Shown here one piece after another: positions 20,200 through 27,195 of a stretch of DNA of 64,000 nt. This stretch comes from a virus, in IMG/VR virus record IMGVR_UViG_3300042907_001518, positions 36,502 to 100,501 of that record; one strand, 5' to 3'. A model generated the notes under the pieces. It had not been told where the DNA came from. It made no database searches and saw only the letters and a program-made list of their open reading frames with translations. The position numbers were made by a program, and so were the translations under genes. Numbering within the stretch: position 1 is the first letter of the stretch; every line of letters begins with the position of its first letter.

Positions 20200-20271
20200 G
20201 GCCCCATAGTTAAATGGATATAACAAGTGCCTTCTAAGCACTGGTTAGAGGTTCGATTCCTCTTGGGGCTA
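20200..20271 (+). tRNA. tRNA-Arg(TCT)
   Basis: Acceptor GGCCCCA/TGGGGCT; anticodon arm AGTGC-CTTCTAA-GCACT; GTTCGATTC T-loop. Confidence 0.9.
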
Positions 20272-20277
20272 CTTTTG

Positions 20278-20351
20278 GGGGGTGTAGATCAATCGGTTAG
20301 ATCGCCAGCCTGTCACGCTGGAGGTTGCGGGTTCGAGTCCCGTCACCCTCG
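20278..20351 (+). tRNA. tRNA-Asp(GTC)
   Basis: Anticodon arm CCAGC-CTGTCAC-GCTGG; full cloverleaf. Confidence 0.95.
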
Positions 20352-20358
20352 CTTGCTC

Positions 20359-20436
20359 TAAGTATATACTGCATAAGGACTTAGGGTTCGTCCGCGGGGC
20401 CTCGTTCGTCGTAACTCGTGATGAGACAAGAACTTA
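20359..20436. repeat. 78-bp twin-box element, copy 10
   Basis: TAAGTATAT-ACTGCAT-AAGGACTTA, 28 bp, TAACTCGTG-ATGAGAC-AAGAACTTA. Confidence 0.85.
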
Positions 20437-20517
20437 CGTCAAAAATATTTTTACCAAAGTTTTTCTCTTGACTGTGCCGATACCATAGTGTAGAATCGCT
20501 ATACATAGGAGACAATC

Positions 20518-21228
20518 ATGAAAACCGCAAATGGTAATGATAAGTTGGGTAAGGAAAACTGCATCGTAGTGAGTCGTCCCGTTGGCGATACTTGTCCTAG
20601 CGATTGTGATTTTCTCGGAAACGGATGCTATGCTGAGGATTTGGAAAATATCTATCCCGGTGTTCGTCCCGCTGGTATGCAAAATCTTATCACGGAAAAA
20701 AATCGTATTCGTGCCATGCTGGTCGATGCCGCTAAGAAAAATAAGGATGTCCGGTGGCATGAGCGTGGCGACTTTTTCAAGTATGGTGAACTTGACACTG
20801 AATATGTCGATAATGTACTGTGGGCTTGTGAGAGTATCTTGTCCAGTGGCGGTAGTCTGCCGACTATGTGGGCCTATACCCATATTTATGATGCTCGGTT
20901 GTCTACCGAACTTGGCAAGTATATCAATATGTATGCTAGTATTCATAATGGTGAAGATATGAAACAAGCAAAAGAGGCTGGTTTCAAGCATTTCGCATGG
21001 TGTGATAGTGATACTAAGATTGCTCCGAAGCGTCCTCGCAGTAAGGCTAAAGCCGACGCATGGAGAGCGGCACTGCCGAAACTGATTGTGCTGGAAGGTG
21101 AGAAGTTTATCACTTGCCCGGAAATTCGTCGTGGTCGTGGTGTTGTGACTTGCACCGAAAGTAAAAATAGTGTACACTGCGATTTGTGTCCGCGTGGTCT
21201 GGCTAATGTTTTGTTTCCATCTCACTAA
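20518..21228 (+). CDS. Gp88-like Cys-rich phage protein
   Basis: GNDKLG, TCPSDC..CYA, RWHERGDF, WAYTH, TCPE..TC..CDLC pattern. Confidence 0.6.
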   Translation: MKTANGNDKLGKENCIVVSRPVGDTCPSDCDFLGNGCYAEDLENIYPGVRPAGMQNLITEKNRIRAMLVDAAKKNKDVRWHERGDFFKYGELDTEYVDNVLWACESILSSGGSLPTMWAYTHIYDARLSTELGKYINMYASIHNGEDMKQAKEAGFKHFAWCDSDTKIAPKRPRSKAKADAWRAALPKLIVLEGEKFITCPEIRRGRGVVTCTESKNSVHCDLCPRGLANVLFPSH

Positions 21229-21235
21229 GGAACGG

Positions 21236-21769
21236 ATGATGACATACGTTTTAGAAAAGTATCATTCTTGCGGTAGCCGGTCTGACTTTTATACTCTCAA
21301 GGATAGTATCTATGGTTTCAAAACTTTTAAAAACAAAGATGATGCTGAACGTGCTAGGTCAACTCAAATAGTATTAGCCGAGCATGATCTTGCTCCGAAA
21401 GTATACAGTGAAGTAGGCCGGATTAAGGTTGGAAAAAGCAAAAAACGTCAACAATTAAGTAATTGGGGATATATCACAGAGGTTGCGGAATTGCCCGGCT
21501 GTGGTGGAAACGCTTGTGAATGTGGAGACTGTGAGTATCTTGAAGATGAGTTATTTGATGAAATAGAAAATTTAAAATTTGAGATTAATGAAACCACTAA
21601 CTACTATTTTTCAGATGCTCACGTTGGGAATATAGGATATGTACGCAGAGGGATTCATAAACTTTTGGTTTGCATAGATACTGGATATGAAAGCGTAAGC
21701 ACTTATGATCCAGACGATGATGATTGTGATTGTTCGATATGTATGGCGGCAGCGAAAGGCAACAAATAA
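21236..21769 (+). CDS. Minimal protein-kinase-like protein (paralog of 52406-52939)
   Basis: LAPKVY, GYITE, DAHVGN (catalytic-loop-like), VCIDTG (DFG-like). Confidence 0.6.
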   Translation: MMTYVLEKYHSCGSRSDFYTLKDSIYGFKTFKNKDDAERARSTQIVLAEHDLAPKVYSEVGRIKVGKSKKRQQLSNWGYITEVAELPGCGGNACECGDCEYLEDELFDEIENLKFEINETTNYYFSDAHVGNIGYVRRGIHKLLVCIDTGYESVSTYDPDDDDCDCSICMAAAKGNK

Positions 21770-22016
21770 TGAAATATTATATTAAATGTGGAACACTACA
21801 ACTAAAATATAGTACAGATAAAAATCCTATTGACGCAGCAGTAACTACTCTGGGAGAAAGTAATAAATTCGATGTGTTGGGTGAGCATTTCTATATTGAT
21901 GAACGTGGTTTTAGGGATTATGCTAGTGCTGACAAACTCACGCAGGTAATTAAGTTAAGTAAGGTGTGTAGATTAGCCGGTTGGGAACTAAACAGAGAAG
22001 ACGAATAAACAACCCG

Positions 22017-22094
22017 TAAACCCTTTGTGTGTAAGCACTTAGGGCTTGCGGGGCCGGCCCGGTTTGACGTAAGTCCTTATCTCATAACAACTTA
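22017..22094. repeat. 78-bp twin-box element, copy 11
   Basis: TAAACCCTT-TGTGTGT-AAGCACTTA, 28 bp, TAAGTCCTT-ATCTCAT-AACAACTTA. Confidence 0.9.
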
Positions 22095-22594
22095 CGGAAA
22101 ATCTTAAAAATCTCTCAAGTTCCACCCGTAGGCTGTCGATATATAGAATATGATCACAAGAATCAAGGTTAGATGGGTATTGACAAGAAGTGAACGTATG
22201 ATACAATGGGTGGGTGTTTTGATTGCTTTATTCGGTTTGGCCTATACTGGTGTAAAGGATTATCAGAAGGGGGAAATCAAACTTCCGACGATTCAAAAAC
22301 CCTTGACAAAAACAGTTTATCCTATACAATATTGCTTAATGGCTTACGATCCTAACTTAGAAAAGGTTTTTTACTTACACGAAAATGGTCAATGGTATGA
22401 TTACGCTCCACAACAACGACGATATGCGTCCTCGCCGTAAATACAGCAATATTAAGATTCAGACTAAAAAATCATGGGAAGTACCTACGGGTCACAGGGA
22501 ACACCGTGATACGCTCATGGACAATCGCCCGAAGCGTCAGCGTACCAGAAAAGATATTGACAGGAGTTGGCGTAAAGAGTATGATATGTAGATT

Positions 22595-22667
22595 GCCGAT
22601 GTAACTCAGTTGGTAGAGTAGCAGTTTTGTAAACTGCCTGTCGTCGGTTCGACTCCGACCATCGGCT
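22595..22667 (+). tRNA. tRNA-Thr(TGT)
   Basis: GCCGATG/CATCGGC acceptor; GCAGT-TTTGTAA-ACTGC anticodon arm. Confidence 0.95.
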
Positions 22668-22672
22668 CTTGT

Positions 22673-22744
22673 TGCCCGATAGCACAATGGTACTGCAACG
22701 GATTTTGGTTCCGTCGTTTCTAGGTTCGAATCCTAGTCGGGCAT
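22673..22744 (+). tRNA. tRNA-Gln(TTG)
   Basis: TGCCCGA/TCGGGCA acceptor; ACGGA-TTTTGGT-TCCGT anticodon arm. Confidence 0.9.
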
Positions 22745-22810
22745 TAAATTATGGTTCGAATCTTGACTCTCAGATGGTGTATAATTATTATATACTAGGA
22801 GTCAAGAACT

Positions 22811-23245
22811 ATGAAATTAAAAGATCAAATTTTACAACTAAAAGCTGAGGGTTATTCTTATAGACAAATACAAGATAAGCTTGGGTGTTCAAAAGGCACA
22901 ATAGCATATCATGTAGGAATAGGCCAAAAAGATAAGACTAAAAACAGAACTAAAGAATACAGAACAAAAGTAAGAAAATATATACAAGAATATAAAGCTG
23001 GAAAAAAATGCTCAGACTGTAAAGAAGATTATCCCTATTGGCTGTTAGAATTTGATCATATCGGAGACGATAAGAATTTCAATATCTCAGAATTTTCAGA
23101 ACACAGTACGTCAATAGAAATAATAAAAGAAGAAATTAGTAAGTGTGAGCTGGTTTGTTGTAATTGTCATAGAAATAGAACATTTATGAGACAAACTAGT
23201 GATGCTAGATATGTTGGTTTAGAGTTTTGTAAATACGAAGAATGA
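22811..23245 (+). CDS. Free-standing HNH homing endonuclease with N-terminal HTH, inside the tRNA cluster
   Basis: GYSYRQIQDKLGCSKGTIAYH; CSDC..LEFDH..KCELVCCNCHRNRT. Confidence 0.85.
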   Translation: MKLKDQILQLKAEGYSYRQIQDKLGCSKGTIAYHVGIGQKDKTKNRTKEYRTKVRKYIQEYKAGKKCSDCKEDYPYWLLEFDHIGDDKNFNISEFSEHSTSIEIIKEEISKCELVCCNCHRNRTFMRQTSDARYVGLEFCKYEE

Positions 23246-23249
23246 TTGA

Positions 23250-23321
23250 TGCCCGATAGCACAATGGTAGTGCGGCAAACTGTTAATTTGTAGGTTCTAG
23301 GTTCGAGTCCTAGTCGGGCAG
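23250..23321 (+). tRNA. tRNA-Asn(GTT)
   Basis: GCAAA-CTGTTAA-TTTGT anticodon arm; G discriminator. Confidence 0.9.
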
Positions 23322-23349
23322 TTCGGAGGCTGGCGATGAGTTTCGGTGT

Positions 23350-23422
23350 GGCCCTATCGTCTAGTGGACTAGGACAACGGATTTTCGTTCCGTTTACCAG
23401 GGTTCGAATCCCTGTAGGGTCA
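23350..23422 (+). tRNA. tRNA-Glu(TTC)
   Basis: GTCTAGTGGACTAGGAC D arm; ACGGA-TTTTCGT-TCCGT anticodon arm. Confidence 0.9.
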
Positions 23423-23475
23423 CTAAAGTTTTAGGATTGACAAGCCGATAAAGATATGGTATACTAGCACACGAT

Positions 23476-23548
23476 GGGCCTTTAGCTCAACTGGCAGAGC
23501 AAGGAGCTTTTAACTCTTAGGTTGTGGGTTCGAGTCCCACAGGGCCCA
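23476..23548 (+). tRNA. tRNA-Lys(TTT)
   Basis: AGGAG-CTTTTAA-CTCTT anticodon arm; own promoter at 23437. Confidence 0.95.
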
Positions 23549-23597
23549 TTGACAGTTTGACCGGTTTGGTGTATAATAGTTTCAAAGGAGAAAGGCA

Positions 23598-23780
23598 ATG
23601 GCACGATATGATGACATCGATTCTTATTATGACCACGGTTATGATTATGACAATATCGCTAGAGACTGCGATGACCTGTATACATGCGACGAGGAATCTT
23701 TTGACGATGACGCTGGCAACGATGAAAACAAGTGGGAAAACTACTACCATAACATAGCAGACGAGTTGATTGAAGAATAA
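23598..23780 (+). CDS. Highly acidic small protein
   Basis: D/E/Y-rich; RBS AAGGAG. Confidence 0.65.
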   Translation: MARYDDIDSYYDHGYDYDNIARDCDDLYTCDEESFDDDAGNDENKWENYYHNIADELIEE

Positions 23781-23791
23781 GCCTTCTCTTC

Positions 23792-23880
23792 GGAATGAAT
23801 GCCACTTGGTGGGACAAGTATTTTATAATAAGAATTATCCTTTCTTTCTTTTCTAGTGGTTCGAATCCACCATTCGTTCT
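23792..23880 (+). ncRNA. tRNA-like element or tRNA pseudogene
   Basis: GGAATGAATG/CATTCGTTCT closing stem; T arm GTGG-TTCGAAT-CCAC; no recognisable anticodon arm. Confidence 0.35.
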
Positions 23881-23885
23881 TTTTT

Positions 23886-24398
23886 ATGAGTAATATTTTT
23901 AATCAGTCTATTGAGGATGTTCGTAAGACAGTTGATGGAAGATATATCCAAGGTGCTAGCCACACCTGTCATGTACTGAATCATAAGGCTAGAAATAAGA
24001 TTATTATCAAGGCTGTTTGTGATCTAAGAAAAATAGCAGATACTTTTGATAGCATTGCCTGCTGCGGTGTAAGTGGATTGATGGTAGTTCCACAAATCGC
24101 AGAGTTACTCAACAAGAATATTGTTGTGGTAAGAAAGGGGGAACAATGCTATTCAGAGTTTCGTACCGAGGGAGTGGCTCCTTTTCAATATATTATATTA
24201 GACGATTTAATCTGTTCTGGCTCGACCGTTAAACATATTAAAAGAGTTATCAAGGATGAATACTCGCGTTCTCATTGTGTTGGGGTCTATTGCTATCTGC
24301 CTAGTGAATGTGCTTATCGTGACAATAAGGATGGTTCTAAACTGTGCCAGCGAGATCTTGGGATTACGCTCTTAAACCTAGGCCACACAAAGACTTAG
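23886..24398 (+). CDS. Type I phosphoribosyltransferase
   Basis: PRPP-binding motif YIILDDLICSGST; VVVRK loop. Confidence 0.8.
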   Translation: MSNIFNQSIEDVRKTVDGRYIQGASHTCHVLNHKARNKIIIKAVCDLRKIADTFDSIACCGVSGLMVVPQIAELLNKNIVVVRKGEQCYSEFRTEGVAPFQYIILDDLICSGSTVKHIKRVIKDEYSRSHCVGVYCYLPSECAYRDNKDGSKLCQRDLGITLLNLGHTKT

Positions 24399-24450
24399 GA
24401 CTAGGGCGGCCGGCCCGTCAAAACGTAACTCCTTACGCCACAACGACTTA
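24373..24450. repeat. 78-bp twin-box element, copy 12 (box 1 overlaps the PRT C-terminus)
   Basis: TAAACCTAG-GCCACAC-AAAGACTTA, 28 bp, TAACTCCTT-ACGCCAC-AACGACTTA. Confidence 0.85.
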
Positions 24451-24551
24451 CGCCAAAAAATTTTCCCACAAGTTTTCCGCTTGACAAGTCGATAACATAC
24501 TGTAGAATGATAGCATACGAGTGAGAAGTTAACCCACGAAGGAGTTTGATT

Positions 24552-25496
24552 ATGCCTGCTGCTGTTGAAAAGATGATGTTTGTTGGTGAGACGCCTTGGC
24601 ATGGCCTTGGAAATAGCGTTGACGAGGGTATCACGGTCAATGATGCTATCGTTGCTGCTGGTTTGGATTGGGAAGTTGGTCTGAAGGACTTGCAGACCGT
24701 TGACGGTACGCCCGTTAACCATCGTGCAACCTATCGCAAGAGTGATGGTAGCATCCTTGGCGTTGTCGGGCCTCGCTATACACCTCTCCAGAATAAGGAT
24801 GCGTTCGATTGGTTCCAGCCTTTCCTTGATGCTAACGAGTGTTCGATCCATACTGCTGGTTCGCTGCATCTGGGTCAAAAGGTTTGGGTGCTTGCTCAAC
24901 TCAACCGCGACAATAGCGAGATTGTTCCGGGTGACGAGGTAAGCAAGTTTATCCTGCTGAGTAATAGCCACGATGGTACAACGGCTATTCGTGTCGGATA
25001 CACTCCGATTCGTGTTGTGTGCGTGAACACGCTGTCATATGCTCACAAGCATGCGAACAGCCAACTGATTCGTATTCGTCATACTCGCTCCAGCCAGAAG
25101 AATCTGGAACAAGTCCGCGATATTATGGATAATATTAACGCTGGTTTTGAGGCTACTGCGGAACAGTATCGGTTCCTCGCTAGTAAGAGTTTTAACCAGA
25201 ATGATATTGAGAAGTATGTTAAGGTTGTGTTGAATATTAAGGGTGCTGATGAGGATATCAAGACTCGTACCCGTAATATTATGGACGATATTCTCGCCCG
25301 TATCGAAGGCCCGAAGCAGACTGCGGCTAATGTTCGCGGTACTTGGTGGGCAGCGTATAATGGGTTCAATGAATATCTGAACTATGGTAAGGGTCGCACG
25401 ACCGACAACCGACTCGATAGCCTCTGGTTCGGCCAGAACGCTAATGAGAATAATAAGGCGTTGGAATCTGCTCTGGAGTTTGCCAACGCTATCTAA
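24552..25496 (+). CDS. DUF932 family phage/plasmid protein
   Basis: PWHGLG, AGLDWEV, YTPLQN, NSHDG, TPIRVVCVNTL, GTWWAAYNG motifs. Confidence 0.9.
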   Translation: MPAAVEKMMFVGETPWHGLGNSVDEGITVNDAIVAAGLDWEVGLKDLQTVDGTPVNHRATYRKSDGSILGVVGPRYTPLQNKDAFDWFQPFLDANECSIHTAGSLHLGQKVWVLAQLNRDNSEIVPGDEVSKFILLSNSHDGTTAIRVGYTPIRVVCVNTLSYAHKHANSQLIRIRHTRSSQKNLEQVRDIMDNINAGFEATAEQYRFLASKSFNQNDIEKYVKVVLNIKGADEDIKTRTRNIMDDILARIEGPKQTAANVRGTWWAAYNGFNEYLNYGKGRTTDNRLDSLWFGQNANENNKALESALEFANAI

Positions 25497-25519
25497 TACT
25501 CCTTTCGTGGGGATTGTGG

Positions 25520-25571
25520 GAGAGGGCCGTGGCTGGGAAACCGGCTGCGGCCTTCTCTTTTATTTTTTTTT
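25520..25571 (+). terminator. Intrinsic terminator
   Basis: GAGGGCCGTGGCTGG-GAAA-CCGGCTGCGGCCTTC followed by a T-rich tract. Confidence 0.8.
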
Positions 25572-25582
25572 AAGATTTGACA

Positions 25583-25660
25583 TAAGTACTTACCACATAA
25601 GGACTTACGACACGGCCGGCCCGCAAATTTCGTCCTAAGTTGAGTAGCCACAAGGACTTA
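25583..25660. repeat. 78-bp twin-box element, copy 13 (plus a lone box at 25731-25755)
   Basis: TAAGTACTT-ACCACAT-AAGGACTTA, 28 bp, TAAGTTGAG-TAGCCAC-AAGGACTTA. Confidence 0.9.
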
Positions 25661-26856
25661 CGTCTAAATCTAGCCAGTTATCCAAAGTTGCGTCATGGAC
25701 ATTTGGCCTAAGTGCCGATACAATGGAGTGTAAGTCCAGTGGTGACAAGGGTTTAGATCAGATTTAGATTTGACTTATGACTCGTCTACTAATCCTAAGT
25801 AGATTATAAGTCTTAGATTTTTCTTGTTCCAGCCCAACCACCGGGTTTGCGGTCGTGGCGATAGTCAGCCAAAACTTAGTGTCCTTTGAATGATGCAGAA
25901 AGGGAAAAAGATGGATGATATTGTTCGATCACTTAATTATACCTTAGATTGTTCTAGTCAAAGACTCAAGTGGTATATGGATACTGGTAATGAGAAGTAT
26001 CTTACTGATTGTGAGATGTATTTGAGGGTTGCTAATATTTATATGACTGAAATTAATAAGGGGAAAAAGCATGAAGATTGTTGTAATATTTGACGAACCT
26101 TCTATTAAAGACCCTGATAGTCAAGAGGCTACTAATGCTATTGAGATTCTTAGTGAGGAATTGAGGGTGATGGATGATAGGGGTTATGATTGGTATATTG
26201 ATGAAGTAATTGGAGATATACCTGATGAAAATAATTAAAATTAGTATGGAACTTATTGTAGACAACGATCTTGACTATGATAAGGATAGGATTGCTAATT
26301 ATCTGAATAATAAATTATATAGTGATCCTGAATTCTTTGGGGATTTTGGCCCTGAGAATATTATTAGTGTTGGAGAATTTGAATAGCACAATAGTAACAA
26401 GACTCATGGATCAATAGTCACATCTGATCCTAAGTCGAGCAATACCAAGGGTTTGCGTGTTGCTACTTATATGGTATAATGGACGAGTGGTGCAGACAAC
26501 AGCCTTCTTACTCTCTGGAGATTTTATTTATATGACGTATATTATTATTCTTAGCGCTTGTGTTGGTATTGTGAGTTCTTATATGGATATGGTTAAGTAA
26601 CACTCACTGAGTACTAAGAGTAGTATATTGCCCCCTCTGCATAATATATAACCTGTAACTACCAATTGTCAACAAGAAAAATTTTCTCCCGCCGCCTTTG
26701 CATAATATTTATAAAAGGGGATTAAGAATTTTCTTGTGATTATTAGTGGTTTGATAGAGAATAGTCCACGGTCTACTATAAGGTAGTCTGGAATCTACAG
26801 AGGCCCGTTGAGAAGGCTCATGGTTGCTCTGGATCGGTCAATATTTAATTGTTTCA

Positions 26857-26941
26857 GGAGAGATGGCAGAGTGGTTTAATGCACCGGTTTACTAAACCGA
26901 CGAACTGAAAAGTTCCGGGGGTTCGAATCCCTCTCTCTCCG
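26857..26941 (+). tRNA. tRNA-Ser with unusual ACT anticodon
   Basis: GGAGAGA/TCTCTCC acceptor, G discriminator, long variable arm GAAC-TGAAAA-GTTC, loop TT-ACT-AA. Confidence 0.85.
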
Positions 26942-26980
26942 TTAGTATTATTTGGGGTAATTTTGTCTTACCCAATATAA

Positions 26981-27195
26981 CGGGTTCGGATTTATGGGTA
27001 CAGTCAGCCAAAATAGTCAGAGAATTGTCTCAGCCCTTGTAACCGGATCGTTTTTGTGGTTGTAGTCAGTCAGATTAGATGGTCTTTAAGAATACTTTTT
27101 TGACTTTAAGAAATCGGCCACTATCATATAGTAATGAGGGATGGAACTGTCACACTCCATCTTGTCTATTCGGTTTTATGGGAACAGTCAGTCAA
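26981..27195 (+). repeat. Cluster of three CGG...TGG-N3-YAGTCAG direct repeats (others at 17294, 19095, 25842)
   Basis: For example CGGGTTCGGATTTATGGGTACAGTCAGCCAA and CGGATCGTTTTTGTGGTTGTAGTCAGTCAG. Confidence 0.65.

Noticed and set aside
11838-25369. Long minus-strand ORFs in the early region (e.g. 16364-17017, 20434-21225, 24378-24971)
   Set aside because: Antisense shadows of plus-strand genes that have promoters, RBSs and recognisable motifs.
11816-25660. CRISPR array reading of the 78-bp repeats
   Set aside because: Copies are 0.6-2.4 kb apart, separated by genes, and too divergent in sequence; no cas genes are present.
11816-25660. Classical integron (attC) call
   Set aside because: No intI or attI in the window, modules carry their own promoters, and the boxes do not consistently match RYYYAAC/GTTRRRY. 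Kept only as an analogy.
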